Source: Schmidtea polychroa | Taxonomy: Eukaryota | Reading direction: 5' to 3' | NCBI GenBank assembly: GCA_044892525.1 | Contig: CM097886.1 | Span: 182,764,312-182,828,311, forward strand | DNA length: 64,000 nt | Part shown: piece after piece, positions 53,937-63,531 of the stretch | Layout: every line of letters begins with the position of its first letter | Numbering within the stretch: the stretch's first letter is position 1 | Notes under the pieces: model-generated | Databases searched by the model: none | What the model was told of the DNA's origin: nothing | The model's input: the letters and a program-made list of their open reading frames with translations, nothing else | Program-made: the position numbers and the translations under genes

Positions 53937-55937
53937 AACCTAAACGACTATCAGTGACAATTAGATTTTCAACTCAGTACAATAACCGAATTCAGCTTTT
54001 CGACTCAGCTTTTCGAGATCACAGATCGATAAAGAATAAAGTAAGGATGTATTCTTATTATGAATTTGAGTAAATGTTTCTCATGGAAGTTAATAGTAAT
54101 AATGTTTATTATCACAATTTTAATAAAATTTTAATGTTCTCTCCATTTGGTCTCATATTTTAATAATCAAGTATTTTCAGTAATGAAATTTAAAGCCTTT
54201 TATGATAGATACTATGCATGATAATTTCGATTTTTATGGAATTTATATGAAAATTATGATCGAGTAACGTGGAGTTGAGGAGACCTGTACCATGGTGTGA
54301 GGAGCCTTCGGGAGCTCAGCCGGTGGGTACAGGCTTCTTCAATCACGCAGCTGACGTGGGCCGGAAAGTGGGGGCTTCCTCACGGGTCCGTCGCTGAGGG
54401 AATTAAAATGTTGCAAGAATTAGCTGACAATAACATAGAGTACCATTCGGATTTGACAATGAGAACGATCTTAAAAACAATGACTGAGGTGGCTACAAAA
54501 CGTTTATTTTTCGAAACTCATCATCCTTAGCTGTTACATCTTGAATTCTTTACCTAATATCCGTGATTAGTCTGAATTGCCTAAGTGTACCAATCGACAT
54601 TCCATCTTCTGAGTACCAAACCCTTTTCTGTTGAAATGCACGTCAATTTCCGTCTGACCTGTAGAAACTGAGTACCAACCCATTCGTCGACGCTATACAA
54701 TCACATGAGAAGTATAGATGAAATTTATTGGACACAATTTTTTAATAAGAAAATGTATTACGAAACTGTTTTATTTTTAACCAAATTATTTCGAAGTGTT
54801 CTGAAAATTACACTCACAGTAGGATAAACTCCCTTCAGTGAAGGACACCTCCGATTGACCTTGTCAAATTGCAGATTTTTCGAATAAGTCGAAGGAAATG
54901 TCCACGAAATAAAGTTATCCAAGTAGAAAACACAATTAACTGCACATCGCGGGGAATAAATCCAACATTAGCGTTTGATGAGAGAGCAACCTAGATGACA
55001 TATTGATTCCACGAATTGATTCGGCCCAGTGGTGTATTGCGATCATCTGCGAACGATAATTCCGATAATGAGCAAACATACGAGATAAATCACACGCACT
55101 AACACACTAGTACTTACTCACATATGCGACAAGCAGTATTTTCCCAGTCAGCTACAAGTATTGAGAACCGAAATTGAAACACGCACATACAACAAGGTTG
55201 GCTCGGATAGATAGCAGGCTGCCTGTCTCATGCTTCCATTATCTGGCGTGACGAACTATTTTACATGAGATTAATCTTATTACAGGTGTTTCCCGACATA
55301 CAATTAATTTCATCGTAGATTAAAATTTTAACTTGCAGGATGATAATTCCGAACATCAATAATAGATAACGGCCAGGTGATTAGTGTATATTCCAAACAA
55401 TTTGGTATTAAACAGAGACCCAGCAGCTATTGAGTGGAGATTAATTTTGCCTGCGCATCCGCTTGCCGAGGTGGGAATTCTGAGTTATGTCCTGGGGGAA
55501 TAATGCGTTGGTTAAGGGGGAAATCGGAAGGCGTTAACAATAAAATTTTGTTTTCTGCGTTTGGTCTATTTCCAAAGATATTATTTGAAGGAATTATTAG
55601 TTATCGGCTCAATTTCGTTGTCCATTTTGTGTACAAGGAGGTTGGGCATCCCCGCATCTAATTAATTACGAATTTGTTTTGTTGTTTCTCCATTACACCA
55701 AGGGAAAGGGGGTCACGGCTTACAACTCGACCGGTAGATGACATTCGAATTTAATAATAATAACTCAGAGATTTTCTTCACCCATTAGCATAAATCCCTT
55801 CCTCTTAATATATTAGGACCACATCAAAATTAATGTATAGCTTGTAGGAAAATTCATAGATGATTAGGCCACCAGGCTGGTTTAATAGACATAGCAAATC
55901 TTGTATTTTATCCTTATTGTTTCTTTCATTATAGCCA

Positions 55938-56693
55938 TTGAGAATGTTACCAAGCTCGAAGTCGTCTCTCAAACCCTGCTTCTCATGCTCAGATAAGAAT
56001 TCTATAATCAGGGATTTGCAAGCCCAGATCGGTCGATACAAGAAAGCGATCGACCATCTGGAAGGTACATGGTTCAGCCCAGTACAAATGAAGGAGGTAC
56101 AAAAGAAATTGTACCGAAGCGAGCACTGTCGCGACGCCTTAATAAGCGAGAGTAGGGCCCAACGCAGTCTTATCAAAGAGCAGTCCGAGGCTCTACACAA
56201 GGTCTACGTACAAGCGGCAGCAACTAGAAAGATAGTGAGTATACCTATCAATGGAGCGGACGACCTTTTCCCCGTCCATCATGAACTTCCTTCCAATTCG
56301 TCATCTTCGGCTAAGAAGCCCTGCCGGGAATGCGTGGAAGCCGATCTCTCTCCCAGGTCAACCATAGTGTCTCCCATTGGAGCCCAGAAAGGGTTATCAT
56401 CGACCGCGTCTTCCTCTGTCGTACTATCAAACACCCTGATTGTTCCAAAACCCAAGCGTCGACAGTTGTCCAGAGCTGAGCGTAAAAAGCGTCAGCGCGA
56501 ACGAGCAATCGCCAAACAAAGTGGACTATCTGCCGAGCTCTCCAGTACTTCGAACGATCCCCCTGTAACGATCGATTTAACCGTAGGGATCCCAGGGCGA
56601 ATCATCTCCGCCGCTGGTGTAACTTGGGAGGAGAATGCCTCCGAATTCTTCGAGCTGGAGGAGCTGTTAGCCGACGCAGAATGGGAAAAGTAA
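55938..56693 (+). CDS. Second copy of the LTR-encoded 251-aa protein
   Basis: Identical translation to 22310-23065. Confidence 0.65.
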   Translation: MRMLPSSKSSLKPCFSCSDKNSIIRDLQAQIGRYKKAIDHLEGTWFSPVQMKEVQKKLYRSEHCRDALISESRAQRSLIKEQSEALHKVYVQAAATRKIVSIPINGADDLFPVHHELPSNSSSSAKKPCRECVEADLSPRSTIVSPIGAQKGLSSTASSSVVLSNTLIVPKPKRRQLSRAERKKRQRERAIAKQSGLSAELSSTSNDPPVTIDLTVGIPGRIISAAGVTWEENASEFFELEELLADAEWEK

Positions 56694-57498
56694 AGCTCTC
56701 AATCCAATGCAACTACATCGATCATGTTTAGTAAATTGAACGATTCTGACTTATATGTTCTCGTAAACCGTCTTCCCTTGATTTATATTAGTCCTGTAGT
56801 TTTAACTGTATAGCGTACTATGATAGTAGAATAAAGAAATTTTCGTCATTTCTTATTGTTAGTTTTTGTTTGATTAGCCATTGTAAAGGTTCAGAGTAGT
56901 TTTTACAACCCAAGCGCAAACTTTAGTTCGAAAGGCATTAGACAATCTGTATATAACTCGGTGTCAGGTAGGGAAGGAAATGGTGGAGTGATCAGACGTA
57001 AGCCCTTCCATCGGCAGTCAGAAAAAGGAAGTCGAGGCCTCAGTAAGGAGTAGTCCTAAGGTAGGGGCTCACCTGCTTACTGGTGTCTCGCCGGCATAGC
57101 ACATTTCCAACGTGGAGCAATTCACGGGTGCTATGTTGGAGTACAGGTTGTGCGGGGTCTTGCTCCGGATTGACGTAAGCACACTTAGCGTAAATGAATG
57201 GACACTCATCTCCTAGACAGGTGCGTAAATGAGTTAAGGTCAATCAAGCACTACCCCAGCATGATTTTTGGGGGCTCAGCCGGGATTTATTATTGAATTT
57301 CCGTCGAATAGTGTGAATTCACCGGGATTATGGATTTCAATTGATTGGCGAAGACAAATTGACTAATGCTTAGCGAATCTTATTATAAAACCACGATTAG
57401 GAAATAATAAAACTAAAGATACAAATAAAGTAAATTTAATAGTGGGGAAATGAGATAAAAGTAAAATAAGTTATAACGATCTTAAAAAGAAAAAATGT

Positions 57499-58044
57499 GT
57501 GATGAAACAACCATTAATTAGCTGTAGATTATTAAAATATTTTCTTTTCCCAATAGATATGACGGAATTCGCAGAACAGATTCAACAATTAATCAATTTC
57601 ATTAATATAGAAAACGACCATATTAAAACACTCATACAAAAAAGAGAACGAATCAATAGCATTCTACTCCAAGCAATCGGACACACACCAGTCGTACCTA
57701 ACCACGTGTTAATGGCCGCAGGTTTAAGCCGTCCAGAGGGTAAAATAAATCACGAAACGGTATATCAATGGTATGTAGAAAGACTAAAAAACCCGGCCCT
57801 GAACATAGAATACGAGCGAATAAAAGATCAGTTACATACAATATCAGAGGCAATTGAACAAAGGATCCAAGAGAAACTCGCTGAATTACGAACTTGTCAG
57901 TCTTGCCACCTTCGCCCTATACGCGTACTGTTCTTGCCTTGTGGACACCTCAGTCATTGTGAAGAATGCGTACAAGATCTGAAACGATGTACAATATGCA
58001 AACATGAGATAAAAGAAACCCATATGGTTTATTACGGTGATTAA
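57499..58044 (+). CDS. Second copy of the LTR-encoded IAP-type RING protein
   Basis: Identical translation to 23871-24416. Confidence 0.88.
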   Translation: MMKQPLISCRLLKYFLFPIDMTEFAEQIQQLINFINIENDHIKTLIQKRERINSILLQAIGHTPVVPNHVLMAAGLSRPEGKINHETVYQWYVERLKNPALNIEYERIKDQLHTISEAIEQRIQEKLAELRTCQSCHLRPIRVLFLPCGHLSHCEECVQDLKRCTICKHEIKETHMVYYGD

Positions 58045-58882
58045 AAGGACTAAAAAGATGTGTTAATGTGTATGTGTATCGGATCAATAATGACAGTTAA
58101 AGATGAATGTATGTAATTTTAAGTGTAAAGTAGCATTAATGTTTAGTTTTAGTCTCATGATTAATAAAAGTTTTGTTGTGAATTGAATATTTTATCTTTT
58201 TTAATTATATTTTTTTTTTGAGATCAAATGTACTACCCCAGCACTAATTATACAGAAATAATAATAATTCATCACAGTACCAAAGTAGTGTGGTTATATA
58301 CCCAACCAAAACAGCCCCCCAACAAAAACATGCCTCCAAATCACTTAAGCTATTAGAAAAACAACCTAAAACTTATACTTTTATAGTATTTTAACCCTAT
58401 ATTTTGAAAACAACCACCCTTAATGACTCTAACTGTTTTAATCTTTAAAGCCTCAAACTCAAAAGCTTCAAACTAAAAAGAGAATAGAAAAGAAAATGGC
58501 ATTATGAAAAGTTAGAGGGCTATTTGATCTTTATCAGATTATTGATTTTAAATTATATAAATTAAAAAATAAATGAAAAATAGTAAAACTGCTCTGAGGG
58601 GACAGTGGTATTTTTTTTTTTTTTTTTCACTGTCCCCTCAACAGTTTTTTTTGATCCGGATCATTTTTTTTATTTATCAACCTCTTTCGTTTATCGAATC
58701 TCTTCCAATATACAAGCTGGCCAGACTCATACATCAGAATCAATCCGATAATAGCAGTACACCTTATTATTCGCTTCTCGCTCGAATACGATTTCATCGG
58801 CGTTTTAAGTGTGGTGCTCGAAAGTACAAATGAATTCGAAAGCGAATTCGAAAGAGGTCCGAAAACAACTGAGAAATAAATG

Positions 58883-58956
58883 TGCACATTACCGGGATCG
58901 ATCCGAGGGTGTTCGAAAGACAGGTGGCGATAATTACCGGTTCGCCACCATCACCC
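58883..58956 (-). ncRNA. tRNA-like Pol III cassette 1 (Gly-like remnant)
   Basis: A-box-like TGGCGAACCGG, B-box-like GGATCGATCC, internal 8-bp hairpin GGTGGCGA/TCGCCACC. Confidence 0.4.
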
Positions 58957-59132
58957 GTTTCAATATTTTTTTTTTCATATTTATGTTTAAAAAATAATTA
59001 ATTAATAAAAAAATAAAATAAAATAAAATAAATAAAATAAAATATACAAGTACTTTATAAATATAAGATACCCACACTATTTTCAATATTATTTTCAAAT
59101 TTTTAATATTATTTTATGTTGAAAAAAAACTA

Positions 59133-59203
59133 ACCTCAGATGTGATTTGAACCGCTATCCATTTGAACCACGGTGCCGGTCTAGCCCACTGCGCTATCTA
59201 GGA
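59133..59203 (-). ncRNA. tRNA-like Pol III cassette 2
   Basis: TAGCGCAGTGG ... GGTTCAAATC followed by an 8-T run. Confidence 0.5.
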
Positions 59204-59450
59204 TTGGATTTTTGTCATTTTTTATACTATAAATAATCGATTCAAGTTCTTTAACTCTTTCCTGTAATTGTTTCATTTTCTTCAATCTTATATCAGCAAC
59301 ATCTACAGCCTTCATATAAAAATGTCGATACTTTTCATTATCTACCATCAACTCTTTGATGTATTCTAATGGTTCTTCTTCTCTTCTTTTCATTCTCTTA
59401 TGTTTAACTTCATTCAATTCATTTCTCATTCTTTCTTTAAACTCATCCAT
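59181..59450 (-). CDS. Small coiled-coil ORF, probably Polinton-encoded
   Basis: 89 aa, AAAAATG start context like the neighbouring genes, charged helical sequence. Confidence 0.5.
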   Translation of the reverse strand: MDEFKERMRNELNEVKHKRMKRREEEPLEYIKELMVDNEKYRHFYMKAVDVADIRLKKMKQLQERVKELESIIYSIKNDKNPILDSAVG

Positions 59451-59621
59451 TTTTATAAATATTTTTTTATTGGATATATTAATTTTTGGTAGCTTAAGTT
59501 AAAACGTTTTTGATCTTAAATTTCCAAGAGTTGCCGTTGACCAATCACCTTAAAAATTTGTAAAAGTACTAAATCGAGTATGCTGATCAATATTTTGTTT
59601 AAAAAAAAATTTGAAAAAAAA

Positions 59622-59695
59622 TTGACCGAAATGGGATTTGAACCCATTGGTATTGGCAATGCAGTCGAGTGCTATTACCACTAAGCTATACTCAA
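59622..59695 (-). ncRNA. tRNA-like Pol III cassette 3 (Cys-GCA-like)
   Basis: TAGCTTAGTGGTAATAGCA, GACTGCA, GGGTTCAAATCCC, then a T run; stems imperfect. Confidence 0.55.
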
Positions 59696-59856
59696 TATAA
59701 AATAAGTTGTTAATGTGTGACTATTTATTGATGAAATTAATAATTAATTATTCATTTTCTCGACAACTACCACTCAGATCCATCTGAAAATTTAAATATA
59801 TACTAAAATCAGTGCGCTGAATCAGATTCCGTTGAAAAAAAAATATCGAAAAAAAT

Positions 59857-59930
59857 TGACCAAAATCGAAAATTGAACCCGGTACTCCCGGTGATAAAAT
59901 TGAAGCCTATTCCCACTCCGCTATAATGGC
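59857..59930 (-). ncRNA. tRNA-like Pol III cassette 4
   Basis: TAGCGGAGTGG ... GGGTTCAATT, same GGTCAA+Tn 3' end as cassette 3. Confidence 0.5.
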
Positions 59931-59986
59931 TTACATAATATATTTAATTAATCCTATTGTGTGTGTGTAAATTTTAATATATAAAA

Positions 59987-61273
59987 ATGAATAATATAAA
60001 AATTCAAGAAAAAAATAAATTAAATCTTGATTATAATAAAGAATTTACTCATGAAATCAAGAAAAACGATGTACTTAAAATCTCCCCAACTTCAGGATCT
60101 ATTGCAAACTTAAATCGTAGGGGTGATATAGTTTTTCAATCTCTTCAAACATCAAACCCTATAGATATTTGTAATGCCAAATTATATTATAAAATCGAAT
60201 TAGAAATTGAAGCAAACAAAGATATAACCCTAGAAAATAATTTCTTTCCAAATTTATTCTCCAACATGAGATTAAAACTAGGATCATCAGAAATTGAAAC
60301 TGTTTTGCATCCGGGAGTATATTCTACAATGTTAAATTTTAGTTTGACTGGTTGTGATTATAAAAACGAATATGGTGAATTAACAGGTTGGATTCCTGAT
60401 GTTAATAAAGGGGATTTAGATAAAGATGGTTTAGATGTAAACCATGGTTACCATAAAAGAGCTGAACTTTATAAATCTAAAAAATTTGAAGGTTATTTTG
60501 AATTAAAACACTTGTTTGGATTCCTTCAAAACTATAATCGTATACTTCATAATGTTTTTATAGAATTCATCTGTAATAGAGTAGAAGGTGATAAAAGATT
60601 GTTCTATGGAGCTGTAGATACAAAAGCTAAATTAAAATTATCAACACTTGAATTGCATATACCTGAATGGACATTAAACCCACATTCTGAGATTAAACTC
60701 CTTGAAAGATTAAATTCCAACAAGTCTATAAATGTAAATTATTTAAATAGAATCTGTAGTGAATTTAGTATGACAGAGGGTTCAACATATTCTATAAAGG
60801 TAGCAAATTTAGCATACCGACCAAGATATATCTTGATTGGATTCAAAGAAGTAGATTCATCTTTCCAAAAAAATAACAACTTGTTTATTCAAAAGATTGG
60901 AGTTGATAATTTAAAAACAATCCAAATTCAATTAAATAGTTCTTATTATCCAATAAATAGAATGGAATTTAATATTGAAAATAATGAAAACATATTCCCA
61001 TATCTAAATTATATTGAAACATGTTATGATTTCAAAGTTGAACCGCAATTAAGTTTAGAAGATTTCAAAAATTTATATTCTATATTTTGTATAAATGTTT
61101 CAGACCAAGATGATCGCCTAGCCATAAATAATGTTGATGTTACACTTCATGTAACAAAGGATTCTAATTTTAAAGCTAAAGTATATACATTAATATTAGA
61201 AGAAAAGAAAATAGAAATGAAATTATATGGTGGAAAGATATCAATAATCGAAAATGTTAGGGGAGATTCTTGA
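59987..61273 (+). CDS. Polinton major capsid protein (double jelly-roll)
   Basis: 428 aa; NNFFPNLFSNMRLKLGSSEIE, HLFGFLQNYNRIL, PRYILIGF, YSIFCINVS.Q resemble Polinton MCP motifs; gene context. Confidence 0.8.
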   Translation: MNNIKIQEKNKLNLDYNKEFTHEIKKNDVLKISPTSGSIANLNRRGDIVFQSLQTSNPIDICNAKLYYKIELEIEANKDITLENNFFPNLFSNMRLKLGSSEIETVLHPGVYSTMLNFSLTGCDYKNEYGELTGWIPDVNKGDLDKDGLDVNHGYHKRAELYKSKKFEGYFELKHLFGFLQNYNRILHNVFIEFICNRVEGDKRLFYGAVDTKAKLKLSTLELHIPEWTLNPHSEIKLLERLNSNKSINVNYLNRICSEFSMTEGSTYSIKVANLAYRPRYILIGFKEVDSSFQKNNNLFIQKIGVDNLKTIQIQLNSSYYPINRMEFNIENNENIFPYLNYIETCYDFKVEPQLSLEDFKNLYSIFCINVSDQDDRLAINNVDVTLHVTKDSNFKAKVYTLILEEKKIEMKLYGGKISIIENVRGDS

Positions 61274-61302
61274 TATAATCCCTGATATTTTAACATTTTA
61301 AA

Positions 61303-62712
61303 ATGTCTCTAAATAAATATTGGAGATGTGGAAGTTGTAATTGTCAAGTTACAAGACATCATAAAGCAAGTCATTTAAAAACTAAAAAACATACAGGAGG
61401 CGATCTAATTCCACGAGCTGGAGGCGATTTGCAATCTTCAAAAACAACATCTTCAATATTAAAACCTTTTACTACAGAAAAATATCCAGGTGAAAGACAT
61501 TTATTTAAACACAACTATACTGGACCAGGAACACGTCTAGATATTAGATTAGATGAAAATAATAATCCCAAACAAGAAGAAGAACCAATAAATAGAATTG
61601 ATCAAGCAGCTTTAAAACATGACATTGCATACAATTCAACAAATCTTAGAGATAGACATGTTGCAGATGTGAATTTAATACATGATTTAAATAGTATCCA
61701 AAATCCATCAACCCAAGAAAAGATTCAAAGAGCTCTAGTTAAATTAGCAATGAAAGGTAAGATTTTCATAGGCTTAGGACACAGTCCGATCACCATGGGT
61801 GCAAGACTTCCTAGGAAAGCAAAAGATGTTGCTTATAAAAAGATTATCGAACAAGCAGAGATTGAAAGATCCCTCGAGAGTACAGCCAAGACTAGTTTAC
61901 AAACCCCAACAGAATCAGAAATAAAATATGCAAAGGAATTACACCATGAATTTAGAAAAAATAAAAAATATTTAAAAGTTCAAGTACATGAAAAAGATCA
62001 AACATGGTCTGCAGATTTAGTCTTTATGCCCAAATCATCAGACCCTGAAAAATATAAAATAATTTTAACTGTAATAGATTTATATACAAGATTTGCTTTT
62101 GCAAGATGTTTAGAAAATAAAACAGGATATTCTATTACAGAAGCATTTGAAAATATATTTGAAGAAAATCAAAGAATCCCAAAATATTTATGGTGTGATA
62201 AAGGAACAGAATTTTATAACAAAGTTTTTACAAAGTTTTTAAATGAAAATGATATTAAATTATATTCAACAGAAAACGAAGGAAAAGCAGTCGTAGTTGA
62301 AAGATTAAATAGAACATTAAAAAATAAAATGTGGAAATATTTTACTGCTATTGGAAAACAAAAATGGAACAATGAATTGTTACAAAAGATTGTAAATGAA
62401 TATAATAATGATGTACATAGTTCTATAAAATTAACACCTTTAAATGCTTCCATGAAGCCTGAAACCATTAAAGTGGTAAATATTGAAAATGATGTTATTG
62501 AAAAACCAAAGTTTAAAATTGGTGACCGAGTAAGAATATTTAAATATAAAAATAAATTTGAAAAAGGATTCACAGCAAAATGGACAAATGAAATTTTTAT
62601 TATAAATAAAATAAATTATACAACTCCAATAACATATAGCATCTTTGATTTAAATAATGAAAAAATATTAGGTAGATTTTATAATAATGAACTACAGAAA
62701 ACAGATTTTTAA
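61303..62712 (+). CDS. Zinc finger + parvovirus-type phospholipase A2 + retroviral-like (rve) integrase fusion
   Basis: CGSC...HLKTKKH; NYTGPGT and DQAALKHDIAY; WSADL, WCDKGTEF, VVERLNRTLK, KFKIGDRVRI. Confidence 0.9.
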   Translation: MSLNKYWRCGSCNCQVTRHHKASHLKTKKHTGGDLIPRAGGDLQSSKTTSSILKPFTTEKYPGERHLFKHNYTGPGTRLDIRLDENNNPKQEEEPINRIDQAALKHDIAYNSTNLRDRHVADVNLIHDLNSIQNPSTQEKIQRALVKLAMKGKIFIGLGHSPITMGARLPRKAKDVAYKKIIEQAEIERSLESTAKTSLQTPTESEIKYAKELHHEFRKNKKYLKVQVHEKDQTWSADLVFMPKSSDPEKYKIILTVIDLYTRFAFARCLENKTGYSITEAFENIFEENQRIPKYLWCDKGTEFYNKVFTKFLNENDIKLYSTENEGKAVVVERLNRTLKNKMWKYFTAIGKQKWNNELLQKIVNEYNNDVHSSIKLTPLNASMKPETIKVVNIENDVIEKPKFKIGDRVRIFKYKNKFEKGFTAKWTNEIFIINKINYTTPITYSIFDLNNEKILGRFYNNELQKTDF

Positions 62713-62723
62713 GTCGACAAGCC

Positions 62724-63515
62724 CTAAAACAAACTTTTCCATATTTCAGCTTCTTCTCTATCCAAATAAATATAATTATATTTTTCTTTCCAATGATTAT
62801 CAACAAACATATCAAACATATTCTTATCAGGTTCAACATTTGAAAATAAATCATTATAAATCATATTCTTATCACGGCGATCTAATTTAAAAAATATAAA
62901 ACAATTGGAATTATTTCTTATTGAATTTTTATCTAAAGCATAATATGTTTGAGATATATAAATAACATTACAATTATTATGTCGACCTCGTGTAAAGTAA
63001 CTCTTTTGAATCTCTTGATTTTTCATATTAACAACATCATCAAATATAACTAGATTCTTTTTATCTTTAGGAAGTAAATCACAATGTAAAACATCTTCAG
63101 GTTTATTAGAGAATAAAACTTGAATTGCCTCCTGCCCTTCTTCACAAATATAATCATTTTTATTACTAATATCTGATTCTAAAATCTTTTCCTTATACCA
63201 ATCAACCATATCACAAGGTTGAAAAACTTCTTCAGGACACCTATGTTGATTTTTAAAAATATCAATTATTGCTTTTTTAGTTAATTTATTTTCAAATCCA
63301 CATTTCAAAAGTTGTAATTCTGGTTGATTTATGGTTGTAGAATAAAAGATTAAATTATTATAATCTAAAAAATCATCTTCAAGTAACATTCTCAAAACAA
63401 GTACATTCTTTCCACATCCAGAAGAACCAACAATTAATAATCTAAAATTATCAGGAAATACTTTATTATTGAATTTACTCTTATGTCTATTTAAAATTGG
63501 TTTCCAAGTATCCAT
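62724..63515 (-). CDS. A32/FtsK-HerA-like DNA-packaging ATPase
   Basis: Walker A GSSGCGKN (Asn in place of the usual Thr/Ser), Walker B LVIFDD, RGRHNN, YISQ. Confidence 0.9.
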   Translation of the reverse strand: MDTWKPILNRHKSKFNNKVFPDNFRLLIVGSSGCGKNVLVLRMLLEDDFLDYNNLIFYSTTINQPELQLLKCGFENKLTKKAIIDIFKNQHRCPEEVFQPCDMVDWYKEKILESDISNKNDYICEEGQEAIQVLFSNKPEDVLHCDLLPKDKKNLVIFDDVVNMKNQEIQKSYFTRGRHNNCNVIYISQTYYALDKNSIRNNSNCFIFFKLDRRDKNMIYNDLFSNVEPDKNMFDMFVDNHWKEKYNYIYLDREEAEIWKSLF

Positions 63516-63531
63516 TTTTATTTATTATAAA

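Larger units (their letters stand above)
19817..58230 (+). mobile_element. Giant Ty3/Gypsy LTR retrotransposon (Burro-like), ~30.4 kb excluding an 8-kb nested element
   Basis: ~4.8-kb direct repeats starting TGTTGGG at 19817 and 45481; gag and PR-RT-RH-IN in Gypsy order between them; many accessory ORFs. No TSD or right CA end could be confirmed. Confidence 0.9.
53942..58230 (+). repeat. 3' LTR of the giant element, right piece
   Basis: Matches 20314-24601. Confidence 0.92.

Noticed and set aside
19817-58230. DIRS/tyrosine-recombinase element or endogenous DNA virus as the identity of the giant element
   Set aside because: Has aspartic protease and DDE integrase in Gypsy order; no YR or DNA polymerase.
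58284-58289. AGTAGT as the Polinton left terminus
   Set aside because: Fits the typical terminal motif but is only 6 bp, and the opposite TIR and TSD are outside the window.
58883-59930. Functional tRNA genes
   Set aside because: Acceptor and anticodon stems are mismatched; kept only as tRNA-like cassettes.
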